A stretch of 64,000 nucleotides of DNA from Octopus bimaculoides (taxonomy: Eukaryota). The notes beneath the pieces are model-generated. The model worked only from the letters and a program-made list of their open reading frames with translations, was not told where the DNA came from and searched no databases. Positions 51,386 to 63,670 of the stretch are shown here, one piece after another (position 1 is the first letter of the stretch; the number at the start of each line of letters is the position of its first letter). The translations under genes were made by a program, and so were the position numbers. The DNA lies in NCBI RefSeq assembly GCF_001194135.2, contig NC_068981.1:12978532-13042531 (forward strand), written 5' to 3'.

Positions 51386-52119
51386 GCACACCATAACTGT
51401 GTTATAGTATCCTGTGTGTTGATATTTAAAAATACGAGTTGGAATGTACAAATGTTTCCTTCCCCATTTTAAATGAACATAACTTTGTTAAAAAGGACTT
51501 TTTAAAAATTGTAAAAGTATCGTCTAAAATATATCGATACTTCCTCTACTACATGATAGTACACAAATGAGGCTTTGTTATCGCAGCAGTATATAATTAT
51601 ATACACAAATATACATGTGTATATATATGTGCGCATGTCTGTGTGTGTGTTTGCGTTTGTGTTTGTGTGTGTGTGTCTATGTAAGTATGTATGTATATGT
51701 ATATATAGCAAGGAAAATAATTAGCGAATTACGCGCTTTTGGTTCTGCGTTGTTTACAATTGTTTCATCAACTTCAATGAAACCAATGTTGCTTAATGTT
51801 ATTACCATATCCACAACTTCTGGTTTATCTCTGTGGACTAAAAAATCGCACCATGTCAACCCATGTTCGAATCAGCTAATCTGAATGTTGCCTAAACCAA
51901 TGAGCTGATTCACTACTTATTTCAACGAAAGCTGTATATACACCTTTAATGTAACCATAAGTAGGCAGTCATAATTAAGCAAATCAATGGAAGAATATTA
52001 TAGCTACCTACTGAAGATTACTTAAAATGTATTAATGAGGGTAGAAATTGATATTAATCAATTAAAACCAGTGGTCTAGCATATTAAAAAAAAACCGAAG
52101 ATTAAAATTATATTACATA

Positions 52120-52258
52120 CAAAAATAAGAGGAATGACCAGCAAAAGTGGACTCCGATATGCTAGAAATAGATGCCGAATCCTTTCGAGGTTAGATGATT
52201 CGGCATCTATTTCTAGCATATTGGAGTCCATTTGTGCCGGGCATTCCTCTTATTTTTG
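52120..52258. mobile_element. 139-bp near-perfect palindromic MITE with TA target-site duplication
   Basis: Including the flanking TA, arms 52118-52181 and 52197-52260 match 59/64, with the inner 25 bp perfect and a 15-nt loop. Confidence 0.9.
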
Positions 52259-52522
52259 TACTGAAGATTACTTTAACACAGTATATTTCATTTTACTGTA
52301 ATTGAAAAATCAATTAGTTTATTGCTTATTGTGATGTTTGGAAGTGTTGTCTTCAACATGGGTTGCCATGGACCGATTTCACATTGTAGGAAAATAATGC
52401 AGTACTAATTGACATGATAACGTCATGGTGCGCGATTGGTTTAATTCAATTTAATGAAACAATAGTAAACTAAGCAATAAACGCAGTCAGTTAACTCTAT
52501 TCTTCGAGTTTCTTTCGTTATA

Positions 52523-52670
52523 AAGGGTGTCCACAAAGTGTGGGTATATGGGATTAACATACTTTTAAACAAAAGCAAAAAGTGAAAATGATTATTTCTT
52601 ATATATGATTGTTAATGTTACAATTTTACTTACTCCATGTACACAGACTTGATAGATGTCTCGTGTGTTT
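52523..52670. mobile_element. Possible old Tc1/mariner-type MITE
   Basis: AAAGGGTGTCCACAAAGTGTGGGTATATGG resembles the reverse complement of CCATGTACACAGACTTGATAGATGTCTCGT. The match is only partial. Confidence 0.35.
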
Positions 52671-52955
52671 CCCGTGCCATGACTTCCTAGAAGATCTCCC
52701 TATTTTTACCCTTCGGTACAAGTGCGTCCTGAGGCACGCTCCTGAATTATTCATTCCAGTTCACACTCTATATATGTTTATGGCCAGAACAGTGAAAAAT
52801 GAACTTAATTGCATAGAAAGAAGACGACATTAATTTATAAATATTTCTCAAAATCTCTCTCGAAACAATAACGGTGTCAGACATTAGATACTAACAGTGA
52901 TATATATTTGTATACATACATATATACATAACCACACACACACATACAAACACAA

Positions 52956-53004
<49 letters not shown>

Positions 53005-53565
53005 TATATGTATACATATATATATATATATATGTATNNNNNNNNNNNNNNNNNNNNNNNNNNNNNNNNNNNNNNNNNNNNNNNNNNNNNNNNNNNNNNN
53101 NNNNNNNNNNNNNNNNNNNNNNNNNNNNNNNNNNNNNNNNNNNNATATATACATACGTATATCCATATATATATATGTGCTTATGTATGTATGATGTATA
53201 TACTTTCTTCTGTAATTCTTTTTCCCTTTTAGAAAACTTTTCCCAGTATAGGCAAGTATCTATACAATTATATTTTCTACTATTTAGCCTAATGTTTGAA
53301 ATAAAAAGTAATTTTCATAAGCAAATCGGTTCAAGATTCATAGCATAATTATATATAAAAATGGTATTTATTTGCATCGTCAAACTGAGTTTTTGATGCA
53401 AGAGGCAATTATACACAGACATATACACTCCTATATATATTCAACGTATCTATACAAACGCATCCATGCGCACACAATACGCACACACACACACGCACTC
53501 ACACACACATATATATAAATTGTACATGAAATTTAGAAACATACAGGTTCATATAAAAATGTGTG

Positions 53566-53627
<62 letters not shown>

Positions 53628-53774
53628 NNNNNNNNNNNNNNNNNNNNNNNNNNNNNNNNNNNNNNNNNNNNNNNNNNNNNNNNNNNNNNNNNNNNNNNNN
53701 NNNNNNNNNNNNNNNNNNNNNNNNNNNNNNNNNNNNNNNNNNNNNNNNNNNNNNNNNNNNNNNNNNNNNNNNNN

Positions 53775-53848
<74 letters not shown>

Positions 53849-54452
53849 ACGTGTGTCTCTAGTGTAATATATTTGTATATGTACGTATATTTATTCTAAG
53901 TTCGGGAAAGAAAACTAATAGACAAATGAGAAAACACTTAATATGATCTTAAATAATTCATGACAATGTCTCTAAAACTATAATCTGTTCTGTTTTTCTC
54001 TTCAATTCTTTCAGCTTCATGTAATTTAAAGTCCGCAGTATTCATCGTATAACTTTCCAAAATATATTACGTTACCTTCCTTTTTCTAAATTCAATCTGC
54101 CTTCTTGGTATTTCGGTAAAGGTTAAGTATCGACAATTCCTCTAATATTTTTTGTCTAAATGTATATATTTTTGTCATTATATTTATATGTATTATTCAT
54201 GTATTTTATCAAATGCAAATTATAGCGAAAAACTAATTTCTGTTATGGAAACCTAAATTTTCTAAGCACATATATGAATAATCTCACACCGAGTCATATA
54301 CACATTTAGAATATCTTTACATTTATATATAAATTTTTCCTTCTTTCAAGCTATCACGTATACTAACCGATATTTATCTTATATTAAGTTTTTAATATCT
54401 CATTTAGTTTTCTCTGCATATAATTATCTCTCTCCCCACTCAGTATCTCACT

Positions 54453-54498
<46 letters not shown>

Positions 54499-54859
54499 TC
54501 ACATAGTATTGTGTGTATGTGTATGTGCGTATACTGCATATTGTTGTATGCATGACAGTGCNNNNNNNNNNNNNNNNNNNNNNNNNNNNNNNNNNNNNNN
54601 NNNNNNNNNNNNNNNNNNNNNNNNNNNNNNNNNNNNNNNNNNNNNNNNNNNNNNNNNNNNNNNNNNNNNNNNNNATATATATATATATATATATATATAG
54701 AAAGAGAGAGAGAGAGAGATTGGCATAAATAAGTATATATGTATATATATATATGTACACAGAAATAATAAAATAAATAAGCAAACTTATAACCATTGAA
54801 ATTTATTTAAATCTGAAATTATTCATTCAAAATATTTATTAATTGTTATCATGTGGATA

Positions 54860-56002
54860 TTTAATATCTATTAGACATGCCTTTTGTATTTTTCAAAGCA
54901 GGGACCCTATTATGCATGTTACTAATCAAATGACAATAATCTCTTGTGGAATTTCTTGCCAAATTTTACGCAGTAGTCCGAACATTTCTGGCTTTGAAGA
55001 TGCTTTTTGTTTCTTTTTATGCAGTGTCCTATCCAGTATACCCCAGAAGTGTTCAATAGAGTTTATATCGAGTGAGTGGTTTGGCCGTGGAAGCTTTTTA
55101 ATGTCATTCTCATTCAACAAGTCGTGGGTCATTTTAGCCGTGTTACAAGGTGCCTAATATTCCATAAATAAGTATTCTTTAATCATTTCGCTACTCGAGA
55201 AATTTAGTAGGAGACCTTACTGCAATATGGACATATATTTACATTAGTTTATGTTTCCCTCACATTCCATCACCTCTAATCTATCACTGCTCCAAATTGC
55301 TGCCTAGACCATTACAGAATAGCTGCCATGTTTCATTGTTGTTTGCAAACTTTTATCATCAAATTCGCGATCACAGTGTCGCCAAAAAACTGTCTGAAAA
55401 TACAGCACATCTAGACTCATTAGAGAATATAACTGTGTCCCAAAATGCTAGTGGCCTCTTCACTATCTCACTGGCCCCATTTTTACTCCGCTTGATTTTG
55501 GCTGGTCGAAGAAGTGGCTTCCGTCTTGCTGCTCTACCATAGTAGCCAAGTTTGTGAAGATACCTGACAGCTGTTCTGGGACTGGGACTGATATCAACGT
55601 ATTCTGCTATGTCACGCGCTTTGCAATGAAGATTATCCTCCATACTCCTCTTAACAAAGAGAAGGGTCCTGTCTGGGGGCTCTGGTTAATTTCGGTGAGG
55701 TGATGTGGATCTCTTCCTCTCTCTGGTGATTTCCACAATCACTATATTAACTGTAGAAAGCTGGATTACAAGGTTTTCTGCGATTTTACGTTGAATACCT
55801 CCACCTTCCGAATGATCCAAAATATGGCCTTTTTGAAATTCAGACAGTTGCAGAGCTTCTTTTGTGCGTGGCATTATTAAACAGTCACATATAGAACATG
55901 AAACATAAAATAGTCAATTAATAAAACTTATAAACATTTATAAGTTAGAATAAACATAAAACGATGTTTTATGAGTTGTCAATTTACTTCTGTCACACCT
56001 GG
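54860..56002 (-). mobile_element. Tc1-like (DD34E-type) transposon with a nearly complete decayed transposase
   Basis: MPRTKEALQLSEFQKGHIL...; SPRTAVRYLHKLGYYGRAARRKPLLRP..WDTVIFSNES; NGLGSNLEQ/EGNIN*CKYMSIL; APCNTAKMT; LPRPNHSLDINSIEHFWGIL (compare WPxxSPDLNPIEHLW). The 5' terminus TA-CCAGGTGTGACAGAAGTAAATTG is at 56002. Confidence 0.9.
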
Positions 56003-56181
56003 TATATGCGTGTGCGCATGAGTATGTTTATTATGTGTCTGTGTGCGCGCGAACTGGCGCGCTTGAATGTGTTAAAACAACGGGAAACTGACAGAAATAA
56101 TCCAGAACGTTCCTTGGTTTGTATTTGAGCAACATAGACAAATATTTCAAACTTTATACAACATAAAGTTTTGCTTTTTTA

Positions 56182-57440
56182 AGAGGGTTGGCTGACTATG
56201 AAGCAATGACGTCAGAGCATGAATTTGCATGCCTCAAATTCAACGCTTATTATAGATAACCACATTGTTTTTTGATCGTCTAAAACGATATCTGACTGTC
56301 AAAAGAGAACTTCAAATGAAGTCTTGAAAAGTTATTAGTTCCGACTTCAAAGAAAACTTAAAAAGAAATTAGTAAAGAATTCTCTTGGAAAAGGACAAAA
56401 TTTTACATGTGGTTATCAAGTTTCTGCTGAAGAAGTGTTAGACCCTCAAGGCTATCAATGCTGGCATGGATGTTACATTGGAGGTTTACGCTCCACCTTT
56501 ATGAACAGTGCAAAACTGGAGAGCCGAATTTAGGAAGAGAGAGAGAGAGAGAGAAAGAGATTTGAATATGGCCCAAGATGTAGACGTCTTGCAATTGCTA
56601 TCACATATGAAAACATTGTCACAGGAGAATATCCCGTGAGTGAGATAAGAATATTCTGCACAATGGTTTTGGTGTGACGAAGGTTTCTGCTCTGTGGGTG
56701 CCAAGTCTCCTGACACCTGATCAAAGCGCACCAGTGTGATCCCATCACAGGAAAATCGGACATAATTGAGACTGATTCAACCGGTTTCCTTTGAGACTGA
56801 TTCAACTGGTTTCCGTGTTGGCTTCATCACTTTGAGTCAGCTACAAAGACACAATCCATGCAATTTAAACAATCTCATTCACCCGCTCCACAGAAGTCCA
56901 AGGTCGTTTCATCTGTAAGCAAAGCGATGGCTTCAACATTAGGGAATATAAAGTATATTGTGTTTATTGACTTTCTTCAAAAGAGCCCCACGATAAACGA
57001 AGTGTACTATGCCAACTTGCTGAGGCAGTTACGAAAATCTATCAAAATCAAATGTCGAGGAAGACTAACGAAAACGTCTGTTTTATCAGTACAATGCTCC
57101 AACAAAAGACCCTTGTTTTCAATGGCTACCGTGCTTGGCTGTGGATTTGAATTGGTTGATCACCAACCCTATAATCCTGATTTGGTCTCATCTGACAATC
57201 CTCTGTTACCCAACATGAAAATCACCACTTGTCAGGGAACCAGAATCTCAGTGATGATGACATCATATCTGTTGTTGACTTTTATTACCAACAAAATGAA
57301 TGATTATTCATTAATAGGATACAAACACTGCAACGCCGATGGAAAAATAGCGTGGACAATATGAAGGATTGTAGAAAAATAAATGGTCATATGCCATGGG
57401 AATATCCTGTCCAACATATGAAATTTCCCGCCGATCCTTG
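56182..57440 (+). mobile_element. Full-length (about 1.26 kb) decayed mariner transposon, second family
   Basis: TA-flanked ends AGAGGGTTGGCTGA / CCCGCCGATCCTTG. DKILHVVIKFLLKK..TVQNWRAEFRK; KVSALWVPSLLTPDQ; IVFIDFLQKSPTINEVYYANLLRQLRKSIK; GFELVDHQPYNPDLVSSD..LPNMK; GIQTLQRRWKNSVDN. Contains an (AG)n tract at about 56536-56558 and a 25-bp tandem duplication at 56766-56814. Confidence 0.92.
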
Positions 57441-57873
57441 TAAAGTTTGCAGTATCTCTAGACGAAATATCATAATTCCCAAATTGAGAACAATTCCATG
57501 TGAGAAGGTGATACACTTTCAAGGACCATGAATTTTCGGAAGTTAATATGACTTTAAGAAAAAAGACTATGTTTGTTGTCTGAAGATAAGTCATCTATGG
57601 ACACGTCTTCAGGAGTGGTTCAAAACTGCCATTTGATTATTGTTACATACCCGCTTGAGGGGGAGATAATTTGAATGAAACAAACATTGAAACTTTATTG
57701 AATTCGTTATATATGTATTGCATGTTTTTCATATAAATACCGCATTCCCCTCTAAGTCATGTCTCTCAGCTCAATTTTGTTTAACTTAAGCACATTGCCT
57801 TTCACATAGATGCTTTCAACTATTTTTCTATATGAACAAGTCTCCAGTGTGGAGTTAATTGGTCATGAATATT

Positions 57874-57918
57874 GTCTTGCTGATGAGGCTTATTGACGTT
57901 GAAACATATGTACACGAC
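57874..57918 (+). ncRNA. Minimal type-I hammerhead ribozyme motif with intact catalytic core
   Basis: GUCUUG(57874-79)-CUGAUGA(57880-86)-GGC-UUAUUGAC-GUU-GAAA(57901-04)-C-AUAU-G-UA(57912)-CACGAC. Stem I 5/6, stem II 3 bp (two G-U), palindromic stem III ACAUAUGU, GUA triplet. Confidence 0.8.
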
Positions 57919-59220
57919 TCTTCTTTTAACCACACGCAATTCGCTCATCATCTTTCATAATGGCAAGTCAACAACAAATAATTTTAGAATTTTGAAATTT
58001 GAAAGGATTGTAATTTTAATAAATTACCATTTCAGTCATGTAGTTTTCATAACTTAAAAACGACTTGGAAAAATGGATTTCTTTAAAACGTTTTCTGATA
58101 AATTCAGCCACAGGTATTGCATGAGAATGCATACATATGATAGCTAATTGCATGCATATTGTTGAAATTATATATGTGGAAATCATGCATTTATCAGCAT
58201 CATCCGGCCGTGAGAAATTCTTGCTAAACGTGCTCTTCCCAGAATTCCTAGCTCGTGTTTTGGTCTATGCATTGCTTTTCGGTTTATCCCACGTTATCCA
58301 TGCCAACTTTAATTTGTCAACATGTGCGTCTTCACTAGCATATTTCTGCTGGGTTCCGATCCAAATCATATGTTACAAGGTCCATAGAATCTTGTAAAAG
58401 TATGATCTCTTCATCTCTTGAAAATTTGCAGCAGGATACGCCTTAAGAGGCACTTTGTTTTCTCGGGATTTTTAAAAATGTTTATTCGATTTTGTACTCA
58501 GCGTTTTACCTTCAGCTCTCTTACTCACGATTCCTAACCATTTTCCATCTGGATATTACTAGCCTACCCCATTTATCATTACGCTTCAATTAGTTTTTCT
58601 CTTTCTGTGATTGATAGCCTATACGAATTTTAATGACCCTTCTGAGCAAATATTAACAACCTTAATGAGCAAATACATTCTCACCAGCTTTTCAGTTCGC
58701 TTGATACTTTTCAAATTATTATTCGAATTTCTTGAATAGCTTTATAGGGGAGGAAACACTCTAGTTTATTCCGTTGCTTGTGTTGATACTGCTACGGCTG
58801 TTAATGTCTTTTTCATTGTTGTTTTCTTGTTTTATCCAGGTAGCCTTAATTAAGAAGATTTATAGCATGGACGTATTCGACCAAATGATTTTTAGCATTT
58901 ATTTCCCATTTTCAATACTCCACATACAAAGTGAATCTGGTCCATTTAGGAATACAGTGTGTTTCATGTTCAGGAGAATATTACTTCAGCATCATTATCT
59001 CATTGTAACTTCTTCTACTGAGAAACACACTCATGTATGTTCATGTGCAGAATTTTACTGTACTTTCGGTTCTCTGTTTTTGTTGCTTTTCGTTACCAAC
59101 AGAATTTTGCGTACGTATTCACAAGGATTCCGGTTAGATATGTCACTCTAATAAATTCCTAGCCATATACAGGATACCTACAAATAACTGAAGAACAAAT
59201 ATTTTTCAAACACAAAATAC

Positions 59221-59282
<62 letters not shown>

Positions 59283-60045
59283 NNNNNNNNNNNNNNNNNN
59301 NNNNNNNNNNNNNNNNNNNNNNNNNNNNNNNNNNNNNNNNNNNNNNNNNNNNNNNNNNNNNNNNNNNNNNNNNNNNNNNNNNNNNNNNNNNNNNNNNNNN
59401 NNNNNNNNNNNNNNNNNNNNNNNNNNNNNNNNNNNNNNNNNNNNNNNNNNNNNNNNNNNNNNNNNNNNNNNNNNNNNNNNNNNNNNNNNNNNNNNNNNNN
59501 NNNNNNNNNNNNNNNNNNNNNNNNNNNNNNNNNNNNNNNNNNNNNNNNNNNNNNNNNNNNNNNNNNNNNNNNNNNNNNNNNNNNNNNNNNNNNNNNNNNN
59601 NNNNNNNNNNNNNNNNNNNNNNNNNNNNNNNNNNNNNNNNNNNNNNNNNNNNNNNNNNNNNNNNNNNNNNNNNNNNNNNNNNNNNNNNNNNNNNNNNNNN
59701 NNNNNNNNNNNNNNNNNNNNNNNNNNNNNNNNNNNNNNNNNNNNNNNNNNNNNNNNNNNNNNNNNNNNNNNNNNNNNNNNNNNNNNNNNNNNNNNNNNNN
59801 NNNNNNNNNNNNNNNNNNNNNNNNNNNNNNNNNNNNNNNNNNNNNNNNNNNNNNNNNNNNNNNNNNNNNNNNNNNNNNNNNNNNNNNNNNNNNNNNNNNN
59901 GAGAACTGCACTGTATAACACGTTAATTATATATTAAAAGAAAATACGTAGTCTACCGTACATGTGTAAACAAAGAATGGCCCATGTTTTACGGAAAACG
60001 AAACTCGGAGGCACTAATTGAGAATGATTCCCCCCAGACACAACA

Positions 60046-60088
<43 letters not shown>

Positions 60089-60929
60089 GATTATCATTTA
60101 GATTAACCTTGTTATATCTAACTTTTCTCTGTGTTATTTCTATGCTATAACTTCCTAACTACCTTAAACGTCGACGTGTTTTATCTTCCATTGTCAGTCT
60201 TTTATAATTTGTCTGATAAGTGGATTAAAGAAGTTCAGAACATTCTGGCTGAATTTGTAATTCGGGCAATACATCTGGCATTTAATTCAGATATATTCGT
60301 GTATTGAACGGCTGATAATTTCTCTTCATGTGTATGTGTTCAATGTCGGCGTATTTTTCATTTCGTCTCAGTGTTTCATTTAATCGAAAGTTAGTAGAGA
60401 TGTTTTGTATATCCGATATGTACATATTACTAAAGATTTCGATTTCTTTCAAAAAAAAACACGTCTCGACGGCGTTAATATATTGGTTCCACTCAATGTA
60501 AATTGGCAGCAATAAACAGTGGCAAATATATCCCCGTCGCTGAGAAAACAAGACTGCGAAGTTTTGTAAAGTTTGACGGATATCGCATTTTTATATTATT
60601 CCGAATTGAATATATAGAATTAAAAATAAACATTACTAAACGTCATCAGAAAGAATCATCAAAAAGAAAATCTCTTTCTCTTTCACATTATATACACATG
60701 CATATAAGCAGATATATACAAACATATGTAGATATGCATACACCAACTACAGGTAAATACAAAAGTAGATTACTTCTCACAAAAATCTATCAATGCTCTA
60801 TGCAAAAGAACGGAGTGTATGTGCATATGTGTGTCCGAAGCACCTCTGGTATCCTCCTAAAAGAAGACCATGGGAGCATTAGTAACACAACTGCAAATAA
60901 GTTTTTTGAGCTTCCTTGCAAGGGATCGA

Positions 60930-62400
60930 AATGACAGAAAGTTGAAGGAGGGCTTAATATGTCTTATCCATAAAGGGGTGGGTAGAGCAGATGTTAACAA
61001 TTATAGGCCTCTCTCTCTAACCTAAAATGTCAGCAATGTCTTGGGACTCATTGATAAGTAATTGATCACATTCCTAGAACATAATGACGTCCTCCCTGGC
61101 ACTCAGTATGACGTCTGTTCAGGAAGAGGCTGCCAAACACTGCTTTCACATCATTATGACTGGATGTTGAAACGGCAACTGAATCAATCAAATGTGGATG
61201 TGATACATCTCAATTTTGCAAAGAACTTTTATAAAGGTGTTCATATAAGGTTGTTTATAATAAGTCTGTTCATATAAGGTTGTTTATAATAAGTCTGTTC
61301 ATATAAGGTTGTTTTATAAGGTTATTTTATAAGGTTGTTCATATATATCATCTGCAGGCTGGCCATAGCAGGAAAACAGTGTGAGTCGTTACCTGAATTT
61401 TTGAATTAGAGGGTCTAGGCTGTAGCAGTCAAATGGCTCCTCTCCAAGTAGACATTGATACCTGGTGGATAGCCTCAGAGAAATGTCTTCAGGCCGATGC
61501 TGTTTTTGGTGGCTCTGTCAGACACGCCATCATTTATACAATACCCAATCTCTCTGCCTACGCGGATGTTACAAAATTAGCAGAAGTAGCCAAGAACCCA
61601 CTCGATTCTAATCTTCTACAGAAATATTTGTATGCCATATACAAGTCGGTTGAAGTTAATAATATACTGTGCAATGCATCATATTTCTAAGTCCCCCCCC
61701 CCACTATCAGCCAATTTTTTACTTCCAAACATACTTTGAATCAACGTGCAGCATTTCCAGAAACAAACATAGTGCTCGACATAGGGACTCGTATCTGCAT
61801 TAAGCGTAATTTCTTGAATATATCGCCAATACGGTTTCAATGTACCAGAGAGTGGCCGCATGGATTCTGAGATCAAGGATCTATGTTGTCCGTACGGAGG
61901 GCATTTTTCCTCAATTGTTTTGTCTGCTGCTCTCTACTATGGTCGGATTAGACTGTAGAACTAGTAGCAGAAGTCGAGGTCGTTCAGCGGTGCGACACCA
62001 GGAAGATTACAACAGTGAAACACTTGAAATATCGGGAGAAATTAAAAGAATTGCAACTCTTCCACCTTGAGGTGAGAGATATGGAATGATGTGCATTAGA
62101 GATCTAAGAAGGTCTGGCAACAAACTTTGACATCGATTGATACATCAGCACCGACGTTGGACGTCATAGTACTCTTTCAAAAGCCCCATCCATCCCACCT
62201 AGTATAAGGACAACGTATTCCAATATCTTGGGTATTTAAGGCCCATAGTTACTTAATATCTTCCCCAAAATCTAATATATTCTCATACTGGGTTGGGAGT
62301 TAGATGTGTTCAAGACAATTTAACCTCACTGACCAAGTTGCTACATTACGGCAAGAAATTCAAAAGAAGCCAGGAATATCAAATTCCATTCTCCACAAAA
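60930..62400 (+). mobile_element. CR1-type LINE RT region, decayed
   Basis: LKEGLICLIHKGVGRADVNNYRPLSLT; LITFLEHNDVLPGTQ..SGRGCQTLLSHHYDWMLKRQLNQSNVDVIHLNFAKNFYKGVH; LSAYADVTKL..LLQKYLYAIYKSVEVNNILCN; GP*LLNIFPK. Confidence 0.9.
61238..61345. repeat. 29-bp minisatellite (about 2.7 copies plus shorter sub-repeats) inside the CR1 fragment
   Basis: TGTTCATATAAGGTTGTTTATAATAAGTC at 61238 and 61267, partial at 61296. Confidence 0.9.
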
Positions 62401-63109
62401 AGTAATCACAATTGGATAACCCTCCTCCACCAAAAAGAAATCATAAAAGAATGACCATTTCAAAGTTAATGGCACTGGAGGTGCACAAGCACAGCAACAT
62501 ATTTTCGAATGAAACATTTTAAAGAATATGTATATATGCATATACATGTGCACACAATCACAGCTGCGCATGCACACACACATATACACATACGCATGTA
62601 TTGAAGCAAAATTAAACCAGCATATATATAAATACGAACATTAACACATACAAATATGCGTGTATGCATTTATACGTGTCTGTATGTACGTACGAATGTA
62701 CGTATGTATGTGTGTATGTATGTATGTATTTATATATATATATGCTTGTACACCTGTATATTTCGGCCGCTTATATCAGTTTGGCTATGTAATAATACAT
62801 ATATTATTAACTCCATACACGGTACAGCAGTATTAAGCTCTAAAAATATGAAGTTTAAAACATTTAATCTTGTGCTATGGTTTTGAGCATTTGTGGCATA
62901 ATTGTCTTACGATGGATATTAAGATACTCTTGGAATAACAGCGAATTATACAGTGAAGTCATGTATTGCAGCATTGAATAAGGGTTTACTTGAAAATTTT
63001 AAAGAATGAATTGCATGATTTGAAACCCTTTATTTGTCCAAATGTAAACATGAATATATTTCCAACCATGGCAGAAAAGTAAGCGCTTTTAGATACAGGA
63101 GGGAATGTT

Positions 63110-63245
63110 AGCAAATAATTCCAGGTTGTATTGGTTTCAAATTTTGGCAGCAGGAACAAATCGGTAACATCGCTTCCAGTGTTCAACTGCCTCGTATTCT
63201 ATAGACCCCGAAAGAAAGAAAGGCAAAGATGACCTCCGCGACATA
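63110..63245 (-). mobile_element. SINE family B, decayed partial copy
   Basis: TTTCAAATTTTGGCA...CCAGTGTTCAACTG..TATTCTATAGACCCCGAAAG..GAAAGGCAAAGATGACCTC. Confidence 0.7.
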
Positions 63246-63594
63246 CTATATCGGCCCGAGAAAACAAAATGGATGCGGTAGTACGTATTTATGAAAAAAG
63301 CAGTTACTAAACACAGCAAGGAACATCACTAGACAAATTTTAAAAAATTATGAATAATAGAATTATACTGACAAATAAGTATTTTTTCATAATGATTTTG
63401 GTTTATGTCGTTTTAGATACATATGAGGTGTTGCCACGGTAGCTTGATGAGCGACACAATGCAAAAATATTACTTCCCTCGTGTAATGAAATTGTACAAA
63501 ATAATATTAATATGGAGATTTAAAGTATATGATTAAATAGTACACATACATCAATATAGTGGCTTACACATATACAGACGCACATTTACACATA

Positions 63595-63632
63595 TGTGTA
63601 CACACACACACACACACACACACCCACACCCA

Positions 63633-63668
<36 letters not shown>
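63595..63668. repeat. (CA)n microsatellite with CACACC variants
   Basis: Read directly from the sequence. Confidence 0.95.

Positions 63669-63670
<2 letters not shown>

Larger units (their letters stand above)
4081..59900. other. About 23 assembly gaps (N runs), nearly all abutting (TA)n, (CA)n or similar microsatellites
   Basis: N blocks such as 4081-4607, 5493-6060, 17459-18038, 28806-29605, 44987-45870 and 59283-59900. The long X-containing ORFs in the track are artefacts of these gaps. Confidence 0.97.

Noticed and set aside
57650-57860. Possible minus-strand mariner C-terminal remnant upstream of the hammerhead
   Set aside because: The similarity is too weak and no TIR could be confirmed.
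58140-58700. Possible pogo-like HTH remnant on the minus strand (KFSRDEEIILLQ..KYA..TWDK)
   Set aside because: Fragmentary resemblance with many stops, and it cannot be supported without a profile search.
3913-59921. Long ORFs of 200-411 aa in the ORF track
   Set aside because: They consist of N-gap (X) runs and microsatellite translations (YIYI, CVCV, THTH, SLSL), not proteins.
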